38,542 nucleotides of DNA from Verrucomicrobiota bacterium (GCA_019235445.1 JAFAKL010000056.1:1-38542); one strand, 5' to 3'. Shown: positions 25,688 through 35,195, numbered from the stretch's first letter. The notes: generated from the sequence alone by a model not told the origin. Numbers and translations: made by a program.

Positions 25688-27082
25688 ATGGATTATCACT
25701 TGATTATCATCGGCGCAGGCGCGGCCGGCACAGATGCCGCACTATTCGCGGCTAGAGCAGGGATTAAAACCCTGCTTGTTGAAAAAGACGAGCTAGGAGG
25801 AACCAGCTATCACCGAGGATGTTACGCCATGCGAGCCCTGCAAGCCTGCGCCTCAGCCAGCAAAACCGCCGAAAGAAGCGAAAAATTCGGCATCGGAATC
25901 GAATTCTTCGATACAGGGTGGGCCGAGTGGTCGCGTGTTCGCCATCGAGTTACCAGCCGGCTAACCACGCAGCTCGGCCAGGATCTCACCGCGGCCGGAA
26001 TCATAGTCGATTACGGCGCTGCCAGCTTTATTGATAACCATCAAATACAAATTAGCGATGCCAGCGGCAAACGGAAAACTCTTACCGCTGAAAACTTCAT
26101 CATCGCTACCGGCTCAAAGCCCCTTTATCCTGGGGGGACTTCACCAGTTCCACTCAGGGAAAGTCACCAGTCTACGCAGCATCATAATACCTTTAATAGT
26201 GATCAGGTGCTCGAGCACGAAGGAATCCCAACCCACATCCTCATCGTGGGCGCCGGTTATATCGGCGTTGAATTCGCTTCTATTTACCGTGCTCTAGGCT
26301 CCAAGGTCACGCTGATCGAAGAAAAGGAGCGTGTCCTACCAACATGGGACCCGCTGGCCGGACAAAAAGTAGCCGAACAGCTGATAAATGACGGTGTCAC
26401 AATTCACGTAAACCAACCTTTTAACCCAAACAATATCCTCCGAGACACCGACTTAATCCTGATGGCCACCGGTCGCAGAGCCAATATGGAGGGCTTAGGC
26501 TTAGAACATATTGGTGTGAAAACCGCCAAATTTATCGAAGTCACCAACCAAATGCAGGTTTATAGTGAGGAGTTTTCAAACATCTTCGCTATAGGGGACG
26601 TCAATGGTCTAGCGCTGCTTGACAGCGTAGCATTTACTCAAGCCAGGGTTGCCATCCAAAATATTCTGGATAAGCACACAACTTTTAACATGCAGGTTAT
26701 TCCCAAATCGATCTACACAAATCCGCGCATTGCTACGGTGGGTTTTACGCACACGGATGGTTATCACTTTAATGAGCCAATCGAAACTATAATCGATGAA
26801 GTCGACGCGATCACAGATGACACCAGGAGCGTCATCGAGCCTGAGAAAACCACCATTAAGCTCCTCTATCAACCTGAGAGTAACCAACTTCTTGGCTGCC
26901 TCGCTATTGGACCTAGTGCCACAGAGATCGTAAACGATACCAGCATGGCGCTTTATACTGGAGCAAATATCCAAAAAATGCTCAACGTTGCCACCGTTCA
27001 TCCTTCACCAAGTGAGTATTTCATCAGGACTTTACAGAAAAGATTCGATCCTACTCTTTCCAGGTCCGTCACCAGTGCATAA
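25688..27082 (+). CDS. Class-I pyridine nucleotide-disulfide oxidoreductase, dihydrolipoamide dehydrogenase-like, lacking the first redox cysteine
   Basis: - FAD motif YHLIIIGAGAAGTDAALFAARAG.
- GGTSYHRGCYAMRAL where GGTCxNxGCxPxK is expected.
- NAD motif ILIVGAGYIGVEFAS.
- IFAIGDVNG.
- C-terminal HPSPSE (cf. HPTLSE).

The gene is visibly AT-richer than its neighbours. Confidence 0.85.
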   Translation: MDYHLIIIGAGAAGTDAALFAARAGIKTLLVEKDELGGTSYHRGCYAMRALQACASASKTAERSEKFGIGIEFFDTGWAEWSRVRHRVTSRLTTQLGQDLTAAGIIVDYGAASFIDNHQIQISDASGKRKTLTAENFIIATGSKPLYPGGTSPVPLRESHQSTQHHNTFNSDQVLEHEGIPTHILIVGAGYIGVEFASIYRALGSKVTLIEEKERVLPTWDPLAGQKVAEQLINDGVTIHVNQPFNPNNILRDTDLILMATGRRANMEGLGLEHIGVKTAKFIEVTNQMQVYSEEFSNIFAIGDVNGLALLDSVAFTQARVAIQNILDKHTTFNMQVIPKSIYTNPRIATVGFTHTDGYHFNEPIETIIDEVDAITDDTRSVIEPEKTTIKLLYQPESNQLLGCLAIGPSATEIVNDTSMALYTGANIQKMLNVATVHPSPSEYFIRTLQKRFDPTLSRSVTSA

Positions 27083-27197
27083 CCCGGATCAACAACGCCA
27101 AGGACTCCTTTGAATTGTTTTTTCGATGGCAAAAGAAGGCCAATCCACGGTGAGAATGGGCTTACCGAACATGCGAAGCATATCTAATTCTATTAAT

Positions 27198-27941
27198 TTA
27201 TCGGGGCGCAAGTGAGGGAAGCGCCGCGAGCGCTGAATCATAGGCTTGAGACATCGCTCCATGGTCGCTAAGGCTTATATGCAAATCGCGAATGAGGCCG
27301 TCGCTCAGAGAATAGACCCAACCGTGGACCGACAATTTTTGACCACTTTGCCAGGCCTCATGGACCACAGTAGACCGGCAGACGTTCAGAACTTGCTCAA
27401 TTACATTCAGCTCACAGAGGCTTTCCGCTTGGATTGACTCGGGAAGAGAGTCGAGTAGCGCGGCGTGTTTGATACGGATGTCCTGGATGTGGCGCAACCA
27501 GTTATCTATCAGACCCAAGCGCCGACCGTGCAGGGCTGCAAGTACGCCGCCACATCCATAATGTCCCACCACAAGCACGTGCCGTACACCCAGCACGTCG
27601 ACGGCATACTGGAGAGCCGACATGTAGTTCAAGTCGGTATGGACAGCGACATTCCCGACGTTGCGATGGACGAAGACTTCGCCAGGAACTAGTCCGACAA
27701 TCTGGTTAGCAGGTACACGGCTGTCAGAACAGCCGATCCAAAGATATTGAGGCGACTGCTGTCGCGATAGTGCCGCGAAGAAGCCCGGCTCACGTGATTC
27801 AATTTCTTTAGCCCATGCGCGGTTCTGTTCGAACAGTCGATTGATATCGGGGGCATTGCGAGCCACATGTTGATCAATCGCTCTGCGTCTGGACGAGTTT
27901 AGCGGGTAGTGGTTCGGAATATCGTACAATTTTTGTTTCAT
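27198..27941 (-). CDS. Beta-class carbonic anhydrase
   Basis: PQYLWIGCSDSRVPANQIVGLVPGEVFVHRNVGNV and VRHVLVVGHYGCGGV carry the zinc-ligand motifs CxDxR and HxxC. The N-terminus is ~30 aa longer than typical, and an in-frame GTG at codon 26 is an alternative start. Confidence 0.9.
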   Translation of the reverse strand: MKQKLYDIPNHYPLNSSRRRAIDQHVARNAPDINRLFEQNRAWAKEIESREPGFFAALSRQQSPQYLWIGCSDSRVPANQIVGLVPGEVFVHRNVGNVAVHTDLNYMSALQYAVDVLGVRHVLVVGHYGCGGVLAALHGRRLGLIDNWLRHIQDIRIKHAALLDSLPESIQAESLCELNVIEQVLNVCRSTVVHEAWQSGQKLSVHGWVYSLSDGLIRDLHISLSDHGAMSQAYDSALAALPSLAPR

Positions 27942-28525
27942 CCAAAGAAGCCAGCATTGGAGGACAATTCAGTTGAGCTCTCGGACTTGCGTCCATTCTT
28001 GCGCCGAATCCATGCGGCCACCCGAGGAACTGGCGAACGTTTGGCGGTCACGTACGCCCACCCAGTCAGGATCTGATGGTCGAGACTTTTTCGCGCTCGC
28101 ATGGTGGCCTTTTCCAGTGTTTTGGCATAGACGGAGAATTCCGCTCGATTCGAGAAAAGGCAATCAAATGCTGTTTTGGTATTGTTTCAACGAGCACTTG
28201 GCCGCGCTTGACATGATGGACCGTTCTACGAAGATGACACATTAATTTTCAGGAAACACGCAATGAGCACTACAGCCGCCCTGAACCCGAAATAGTTGCC
28301 AGCCCCGGTACAAACCCAAAGAAAAGAGCTGCAGCAGTAAGTCGCTGACGAAATCGACAGTGCGGAAGAGCTCCTCCGCGCCCGGGGGAACAACACCGAC
28401 GAAGGCTCGGATTTCCAGCGAGAAGGTACGAACATCTCAAGTTCTGAGAGATATATTAGCCAAGAACCCGCACGTCTCCGATTCCTTCGGTCTTGGCAAA
28501 GAACTGATCATTAAAAAAACTTACC

Positions 28526-28702
28526 ATTGTAGTAAGCCGCCGTGATGGATCGCCTTGGAACGTTTTCGAGTTGTTGTTCACCACCAATGAAACGAAGAAA
28601 CTCAGTTCGCGCGATAATCCGGTCCGAGCAAATTCGCCCTCCCTGTCAAATAGTGGTAGTTTCTCTCAGCGACAAAGGTGGAAGTTCAGAAACACGTCGC
28701 GC
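28526..28702. repeat. Intact copy (A) of the ~175-nt non-coding repeat
   Basis: This copy is colinear with 14778-14828 plus 15829-15950. The differences are substitutions and several 1-4-nt indels that break every reading frame across the full length. Confidence 0.85.
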
Positions 28703-29127
28703 CTTGCCTGCATTATCAGCGCAACGGGAGCTGGTCACACTGCGATGGGTCACGAAGTCCACCCGATCCAGCGATCCACGGCCCATAACAGCAGCGTTAG
28801 GATAACGACGTAGGCAAACAGACCTGCAATCCACGGATTGGGCCGAGGAACGGTGCATCCACTCCTTTGCCTCCACAGTTGCCGAATTCGCCGATGGAAG
28901 TTGCTATCTATGGAACGCACCCCCGGCGTTGTCTTGTTCACTCATTTGAAATCTCAGTTCGTGTCCGACGGGCAGATCGCGCCATCAGGAGCCGCCCTGA
29001 GCTGAACATGGAAAAACCCTTAGAACTCGCGCTTGGCGAGACGTATGCTCCCTGCATGGATGAAGCCCAGGAGGCGACCCATTTCCTGCCAGAAGTTTCA
29101 GCGACGGCTGATGAATGCCACATCCCG

Positions 29128-30696
29128 CTAACTAGCTCCGTAGCAGCACGATTGAAACGCTCTGCCGTAGTACTGGAATTCCTGCCAGAACCGCGGCCAA
29201 GGCTGCCGTAGGCCATGGCAGACAAAAATGTCAGCGTGGGAAATAGTGCTGTTTTCCAACCCGAAGCGATTCTTGATATGACCAGCAATTTGATAAGATT
29301 CGAAAGTGTTTTGTGCGAAGTCGCGCGACATACCTACAACTATGATCGTTTCTGGAGGCGGATCGCCATACCCACGAAGCCAATGAGAGTTCATCCCGCA
29401 GATTGCCCTCGGCAACCGCAGCGTTGGGCCGTACAGATTGATTGCGCCAGCTTGACCTGAGTCAGCAGCGAGGATGCCTAAGCGGGACCGCTCTTCGACC
29501 GATAGAGAATCGCGGATGCTGGCGACGGTCTGGACAAGCTCAGGCCACCCGATTTCCTCATTGAAGTTGCCTCCATTGGCTTTATCAGCGAACCGCCACC
29601 ACAATGATCCGGGCAGTGCAATCGGCAGAACAATCGCGGCATCTACCAGGCCCCCGATTGCAAGAGCCATCCAGGCAGTCCTTCGGACGACGAGGGCGCG
29701 CCGCGAACTTAATGAAGCAACCCACCGCTCGCCCCATACCGCCCCTGCAGCGAGCAGCATGGGATAGCCCGGCGCCATGTAGTACGGCCGACCTCTTCCG
29801 ATCACGAACAGCATGAAGGGGACGATGAACATCCACCCAATCGGGCGATACCGCTTGCCGTCCTTATTGGCGAACAGATAGAACAGGCCAGCCAGCCACA
29901 ATGGGACAGTGGCAGGGTTTGTCGCGATCCAAAACTGGCTGGGCACGAATCGATCCGTTCTCCCGACGCGGATGTCGCGAGCGTGAATACTGTTCAAGAA
30001 ATCCAGCGAAACGAAATGATGCTGGATCTGCCAAAGGAGGTTGGGTAGGAAGATCAGGAATGAGAGCGCGATGCCGTACCAGAGCCACGGGCTCCGGAGA
30101 TAACGCCTCGCGGGCGTGAAAAGAAAGCCGGCGGCAATCCCCACGACCAGAAACATCATGGTGTACTTCGTCAGCATCCCCAGACCGATCGCAGTCCCGA
30201 GGGCCAAACACCAGCGAGGATCGGCGGAGGCAAGCAGGCGAACCGTGAAGTATGCAGCCGCTACCCACCACAAGTAGTCGAAACTGACGTACTGGAAAAG
30301 CGTGCCACCGCTGAATGCGACCCCGCCGATTGTCGCCGCCAGTGCTGCGACGACTTGTGCCTGCCTTCCTCCTCCCAAACGGCGTGCCATGAGGCCGGTC
30401 AGCACCAGAACGAGGCCCATCGCCACGGCCGCGAGGGTACGCAGTCCAATCAGCGACGGTCCAAAAAGAATGAACGCGACTCGTGCAAGGAAAGGCGTGA
30501 TCGGCGGATACGCGACATAGCCCCACGCCAGTGAATGTGCGTCATCGATAGTGGCCAGTTCGTCGCGATGAAAACCATATTGGCTATTCGTGACGGTATG
30601 CAGAAGGACCAGGGCTGTGGCCCATAGAACCAGGACGGCAAGGTCATTGGATGCGATTTTTCTCCAGCTATCCGCTATACGCATGTATTGCCCCAA
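29128..30696 (-). CDS. Glycosyltransferase family 39 (ArnT/PMT-like, polyprenyl-phosphate-sugar dependent) membrane protein
   Basis: The N-terminal periplasmic-loop motif is SQYGFHRDELATIDDAHSLAWGYVAYPPITPF (the DE motif of GT-C/GT39). More than 10 hydrophobic helices are followed by a soluble C-terminal domain. Confidence 0.85.
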   Translation of the reverse strand: MGQYMRIADSWRKIASNDLAVLVLWATALVLLHTVTNSQYGFHRDELATIDDAHSLAWGYVAYPPITPFLARVAFILFGPSLIGLRTLAAVAMGLVLVLTGLMARRLGGGRQAQVVAALAATIGGVAFSGGTLFQYVSFDYLWWVAAAYFTVRLLASADPRWCLALGTAIGLGMLTKYTMMFLVVGIAAGFLFTPARRYLRSPWLWYGIALSFLIFLPNLLWQIQHHFVSLDFLNSIHARDIRVGRTDRFVPSQFWIATNPATVPLWLAGLFYLFANKDGKRYRPIGWMFIVPFMLFVIGRGRPYYMAPGYPMLLAAGAVWGERWVASLSSRRALVVRRTAWMALAIGGLVDAAIVLPIALPGSLWWRFADKANGGNFNEEIGWPELVQTVASIRDSLSVEERSRLGILAADSGQAGAINLYGPTLRLPRAICGMNSHWLRGYGDPPPETIIVVGMSRDFAQNTFESYQIAGHIKNRFGLENSTISHADIFVCHGLRQPWPRFWQEFQYYGRAFQSCCYGAS

Positions 30697-30961
30697 TCCA
30701 CCTCCTCTTTTTTACTGGTTTCCGGCCACCAAACCGCGCTCAGCTTTTTGTTAACCAAATCGGGATCGTTACTACGTCGAAAAGCCGCGGATTGCGCTCC
30801 AGGACAAAAGCACAGCACCACTTATTGACAACAGGTTCTCCGCTTTGGAAAGGAGAATGACCCATTTGGGAGGAAACCTTGATCTTCGGGGCAAAAGAAC
30901 CGTCTCAAACCCTCTTAACTTAGCGCCACTCGGGTTAGACAGTATTCATGACCATGGTCCG

Positions 30962-32356
30962 TCACACCGCGGAAGCGATCTCCGCCTTCTCGCGCTCGAC
31001 GTAGCCGTAGACCTCGGGCAGGATGAACCGTGCTGCCATGAAGCCGGTGAACGAGGACAGCGAGACCAACGCGGTGGCTAGCGGGATACCCAAGTGCTCG
31101 AACACTACCGGGAAGAGAAAGATCGTCAGGAAGTTCGGCAGCTTCACGAACATATAGCCGAATCCGGAGGCGGTGGCCTTGTACCGGGAGGGCGCGACCA
31201 TCGAACAAATGGTCATCCCGTTCGAGGCGGACCAGTAGTGCCACCACATCAGGGCAGCTGCGGCCACCGGTATCAGGAGCCTCCAGTCCAGGTGGAGGAA
31301 CAGCGCCGCGGCGAGGAGGGAGAGGCAGGCTCCTCCAAAGCCCCATTGGGAAATCCCGCGATGGCCCAATTTGGGTGTAATGACCGGGGCGATGAAGCCA
31401 CTGATCGTGGCGATGATGTAGATCGCAGCGGTGAAGAAGTTGGTTCCCGCGATGCCGGAGACGCCGCTGAGCAGCAGGATGACCGGGAGGTAGAACCCGA
31501 ATGCGGAAAACTCAATACCTTGCATCGCGTTGGAGATCCAGGCGAAGATGCTGGCCCGCCTGCGGACCGGATCCTTCCAGATGTCGGCCAGGAAATCGCG
31601 GGTGCGCGGCCGATGGATGCGGTAGTCCTCGTCGGGTAGCATATCCAGCGGGTCATTAAACATGTCTTTGGCCACCTTCTTGGCCTGCTTGAACTTGCCC
31701 GCCTGAATCAGCGAAAGAGCCGTGTCGGGAACGTCAAGCCGCATGACCAGCAGGATCAGCGCGGGGACCGCGCCCAGGGCAAGGCCGATTCGCCATAGCA
31801 GCCGGTGGTCCATGCCGCTCAGGTACATGATCGTGACCACGATGATGCAGGTGACCTCGCCGAGGCCGAACATGCCCTGCCAACGGTTGCCCATAACCTC
31901 ACGCTTGCCCTTGGGCATCGACTCCATGATGTAGGTGTAGCCGGTGGCGATGTCGCTACCCAGCGGGATGCCGAGCAGGAAGCGGATGATCACCAGCTGC
32001 CACATGCTCGTGGCGAATGCCTGCACGGTCGCCAGAACTACGAACGACGCCATGGTGGTGAGGAAGACCTTGCGCCGCCCAAGGCGGTCGGCTGCCCAGC
32101 CGCCGATGATCGTCCCGATCAGCGCCCCCAGTTGAACCGAAGCCGCGGTTAGGCCGAGCAACGCGGCGCTGGGCTTGAACTCGTCCTTGACGAAGATCAA
32201 CAGGAAGGAGATCGAGTACAGATCCCATGCCTCGATGAAAATCGTAGTGATCATTAACCAGCCGGTGCGCGTGCCCGACTGGGTTCCTTCCATACTCAGC
32301 ACGTGGGCGGCGGCCTCGTCGGATAGCTTGCGCAGCTCTTCTTGGCCGAGAATCAT
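30962..32356 (-). CDS. MFS transporter (sugar/metabolite:H+ symporter-like)
   Basis: MFS motif A GGWAADRLGRRKVF lies between TM2 and TM3. The protein has ~12 hydrophobic segments and a central loop. Confidence 0.85.
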   Translation of the reverse strand: MILGQEELRKLSDEAAAHVLSMEGTQSGTRTGWLMITTIFIEAWDLYSISFLLIFVKDEFKPSAALLGLTAASVQLGALIGTIIGGWAADRLGRRKVFLTTMASFVVLATVQAFATSMWQLVIIRFLLGIPLGSDIATGYTYIMESMPKGKREVMGNRWQGMFGLGEVTCIIVVTIMYLSGMDHRLLWRIGLALGAVPALILLVMRLDVPDTALSLIQAGKFKQAKKVAKDMFNDPLDMLPDEDYRIHRPRTRDFLADIWKDPVRRRASIFAWISNAMQGIEFSAFGFYLPVILLLSGVSGIAGTNFFTAAIYIIATISGFIAPVITPKLGHRGISQWGFGGACLSLLAAALFLHLDWRLLIPVAAAALMWWHYWSASNGMTICSMVAPSRYKATASGFGYMFVKLPNFLTIFLFPVVFEHLGIPLATALVSLSSFTGFMAARFILPEVYGYVEREKAEIASAV

Positions 32357-32703
32357 CGTCGCTCCTTAGAACTCAAGGGGTACCTCCTGAACGCGCACCG
32401 CCACCGTGGGCGGAATCGTTGTCTGGATCACGGCCAGGCTAACAGCGGCAGCCTCAAGGTGTCAATAAGTTGTATGCCAGAAGAATCACTACCAGACCGA
32501 TGATCGGGAACCAATCGATTCGTATTTCTGTTGTTTGCATGGGAAAAGCGATGCAGCCTACGTCCGAGACCCGGATGGGAATAAGTTGGTCGTCGTGTGC
32601 CGAGGATTCACCGAGCGCCAGCGCAGGTGAATTTCAGTCGAATGGGATCTGACCCGGAACCGAATCGCTTTGAGTTTACCTACCTTTGTTGGAATGAACC
32701 AAT

Positions 32704-33261
32704 ATGGCAAAGATAACCAAAACCGCTTGTAAGATCCGTTTCGGAGCGAAACTCATCCGGCCGGCGGCGACCGCGAAAGTCGGCTCTTGGACCTTTCTTA
32801 TCCTACCAAAGAACGCCAGTGCGAAGCTCCCCTCGCGTGGCAAGACGACGGTTGAAGGCACCATCAATGGCTTTCCCTTTCGAGCCACGCTGGAACCAGA
32901 CGGCCAAAGAAGCCACTGGCTCAGAGTGAACCGGAAGATGTGCGAAGCTGCGGGCGCAGACGCGGGCGACGTCGTCACGCTGGAGATCGCGCCGGCAGGA
33001 GAGGAACCGGAGCCCAGAGTGCCAGCAGATCTGCGGAAGGCTCTCGCGGTCACCCCGAAGGCGCGGGCGTTGTGGTCGGACATCACGCCCATGGGGCGCA
33101 GAGATTGGATCCACTGGATCACCTCTGCCAAGCGGCCAGAGACTCGCACGCGTCGGATCCACAATGCGTGCGCTATGCTTGCTGCCGGGAAGCGACGCGT
33201 TTGCTGCTTCGATCGGTCAGGGTTCTACAGTAAAAGCTTCAGTTCTCCTAAAGGTCCTTGA
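32704..33261 (+). CDS. DUF1905 + YdeI/OmpD-associated family protein
   Basis: SWTFLILPKNASAKLPSRGKTTVEGTINGFPFRATLEPDGQRSHWLRVNRKM follows the DUF1905 pattern. It is followed by PADLRKAL...ARALWSDITPMGRRDWIHWITSAKRPETRTRRI, the YdeI C-terminal pattern. Confidence 0.75.
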   Translation: MAKITKTACKIRFGAKLIRPAATAKVGSWTFLILPKNASAKLPSRGKTTVEGTINGFPFRATLEPDGQRSHWLRVNRKMCEAAGADAGDVVTLEIAPAGEEPEPRVPADLRKALAVTPKARALWSDITPMGRRDWIHWITSAKRPETRTRRIHNACAMLAAGKRRVCCFDRSGFYSKSFSSPKGP

Positions 33262-34063
33262 GACTGCCGGGCTGCAGATTCCTTCATGCAGGCCCTCCAC
33301 ACCATCGGCGGCTGGGCCTGTCACTTCTGGATGGAATTCCTGTGAGAGCTTACGTACCTTTTTTGGGATTGAACCGACCGGAAAAGCCTCATAGCAGTTC
33401 TATTGTTGTTTATTGAGGATACTTTTCAAGCTTCGGCAGCGCGGTATTCATTTCGTCCCACGGGTGCGCGTCGCATGTCCATACGTCCATTTGCGGTTTG
33501 AACCAACTCGGGGGCTAACAACAAGGAGGGAAGTGCGGATTGGGTCAGTCATCAGTTAGGAACAGTTATGAGATCGGATTCATTGGCAGAATGTAAGTGG
33601 GCAAGCCAAACAGAAATCGGCTATCGAGTTTGAAAATCCGGCTCGGGCCTACCAATTCCACTGGTTTCTGGGATTGTTTAAATTAAACATTGTTCAGTTC
33701 AGGTAGCTGAGGTGATCTGCCGCTGCTTGTCACATCGGCTCTGCGATGAACCAGGAACTATCCGGTTGAGAGAGTTTCCCGCAGTGTACAGATGGTCAGC
33801 TGAGGACCTAGAGCGACGATGCGGCACGGACGTTAAGAAACGCTTATGCGTACGTTTCTCGTCCTGATGAAGATTATAATTAACGGTGGGAGATAGAATG
33901 TAGCTCCCGATAATGCCGCAGTTTCCTGCATCATGCGCCGGAGATGGTTGACTATATTTGGCCGACCCGGGGCTCAATCGGGTTTCAGCCCCGGGAATCC
34001 CGGAGCTTCGCCCCATAAGCGTTAACTTTTCGCAGTGGCGGGGAGGCGCCGTGACGCATGTAT

Positions 34064-34149
34064 CCCGGAGGGTTAAAACGAGGGTAGCCTGGCACGAAGT
34101 GCCTGGAAAAAAAGAAAAAAGACGCGTCTAGTTCCGTAGGGACGGTTGA
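34064..34149. repeat. Left arm of a ~85-bp imperfect inverted repeat with REP-like hairpins
   Basis: cccggagggttaaaacgagggtagcctggcacgaagtgcctggaaa...ccgtagggacggttga is the reverse complement (with indels) of 34383-34467. The 26-nt core 34084-34109 is a perfect inverted copy of 34420-34445 and contains the hairpin GGCAC-gaa-GTGCC. Confidence 0.85.
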
Positions 34150-34177
34150 TCAAGAAGATCAAGGTTTCCTCCAAATG

Positions 34178-34374
34178 TGTCATGCTCCTTTTCTCGGTCT
34201 CGGTGGCATCGCAAAGCAAAACGGAATTGATCCTAAGTGCATTGGCGGAGTCGCTGACCATGTTCATCTTCTTTTACATCGACCATCATCGGACTCGAAC
34301 TTTTCAAGAGGAGTATCTGGAGTTTCTAAAAAAGAGCACGATGTAAAGTTCGACGAAAATATTTCTGGGACTAG
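34178..34374 (+). pseudogene. Degraded IS200/IS605-family (COG1943, REP-associated tyrosine transposase-like) gene remnant
   Basis: GGVADHVHLLL is the catalytic HxH-type motif of Y1 transposases. It is followed, after an internal deletion and frame changes, by HHRTRTFQEEYLEFLKK, HDVKFDE and a terminal YFWD-stop, matching the family ending ...FxxEYxxFLxKHxVxxDExYxWD. The remnant is only ~65 codons long, where ~170-190 would be expected. Confidence 0.7.
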
Positions 34375-34382
34375 TGAGCAGT

Positions 34383-34467
34383 TCAACCGTCCCTCCGGGA
34401 CGGGTCCACTTTTCTCTTGTTTCCAGGCACTTCGTGCCAGGCTACTTTCGTTTGGTCCCTCCGGGAC
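34383..34467. repeat. Right arm of the ~85-bp inverted repeat
   Basis: tcaaccgtccctccgggacgg...tttccaggcacttcgtgccaggctac...ggtccctccggg contains two copies of the hairpin unit GTCCC-tcc-GGGAC. Confidence 0.85.
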
Positions 34468-34686
34468 AGGCCAAGCTCTTTCGTCGTAGGATTTTCCTTA
34501 GATTAAGTTAGCGCTTAGAGGGAAGGATTCAGCGTGACCTAACACCGGGTTGTCGCGTTTGGCCTCGAAGGACGAGGACGGGGACGATGGGGGGCGGAAC
34601 ACCAGGTTCCTGCTCCTCCCGCCGAAAGAGCCAATACGCACAAATTGCGGCCGACCCTGCATGCAGAAGGGCGCCGCGGGATAACG

Positions 34687-35184
34687 TTATTCCAATGACA
34701 GATCGGGTTTCTCTTCTGTCCTGGGTGTGAGTTGATTGGCCATAATAAGGCGAGCGCAGGTGTTCCAGTGTAATAACGCATCGTCATTTTTGGGGGGGCG
34801 CAGTCTTTCCGCTTTTTCGTAGCAGGTCATCGCTTCGCACAGGAGTTCGTAGGCGTCATGGCCGGACCCCGGATGGCCTCGGATTAATTGCGCTTTCGCC
34901 CGGCGTTCGGAAATAATGCCGGCATAATAAGCTTGCTCGTAGGCGTCTTTAAGACGGGAAAGGACTTCCTGGGCTTGGGTAACTCCCACTGCATAGCCTT
35001 GGCCAAAGGTATCACTGAGCGCCAGCAGGAGAGTCACCAGAGCCTGCTGATTCTCCGGATCAATGCGTAACACATCGTGACAAATGCTTTCTGCTTCCGC
35101 AGGATCATTCAGCAGTCGATAGCGCAAAGCCTTTTCCAGCGCCGTGGGGATCGCGTCTGCCGAAAGCATTTTGAGTTCAAACAT
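34687..35184 (-). CDS. Helical-repeat (TPR-like) hypothetical protein downstream of sdhB
   Basis: The 165-aa ORF starts 12 nt after the sdhB stop on the same strand. It has all-helical repeat character (ALEKALRYRLLNDPAEAESICHDVLRIDPENQQALVTLLLAL...). No specific family was recognised. Confidence 0.6.
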   Translation of the reverse strand: MFELKMLSADAIPTALEKALRYRLLNDPAEAESICHDVLRIDPENQQALVTLLLALSDTFGQGYAVGVTQAQEVLSRLKDAYEQAYYAGIISERRAKAQLIRGHPGSGHDAYELLCEAMTCYEKAERLRPPKNDDALLHWNTCARLIMANQLTPRTEEKPDLSLE

Positions 35185-35195
35185 AATCTCTCCTT

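Noticed and set aside
27938-28102. 54-aa minus-strand ORF (MRARKSLDHQ...) whose stop overlaps the carbonic anhydrase ATG (ATGA)
   Set aside because: It has no SD, a basic Arg/Ser-rich composition and no motif. The overlap alone is insufficient evidence. It may instead mean that the true carbonic anhydrase start is the downstream GTG.
28542-28805. 87-aa plus-strand ORF across repeat copy A, with partly similar translations in copy B (SVRAII...VVSLSDK..SETRRA)
   Set aside because: The similarity follows from nucleotide identity. The indels between the copies do not preserve one frame across the element, and the MDRLGTF part falls in a different frame in copy B. There is no start context and no family motif.
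28750-28941. 63-aa GTG-initiated minus-strand ORF with one TM-like segment downstream of the GT39 gene
   Set aside because: It has a GTG start with no SD and lies in a region with several overlapping ORFs of similar length on both strands. No motif was seen.
32454-32540. 28-aa hydrophobic minus-strand ORF (MQTTEIRIDWFPIIGLVVILLAYNLLTP) ~100 nt upstream of the MFS gene
   Set aside because: It is attractive as a small membrane peptide, but it has no ribosome-binding site (ttttcccATG) and no conservation evidence is available. It is too short to call from sequence alone.
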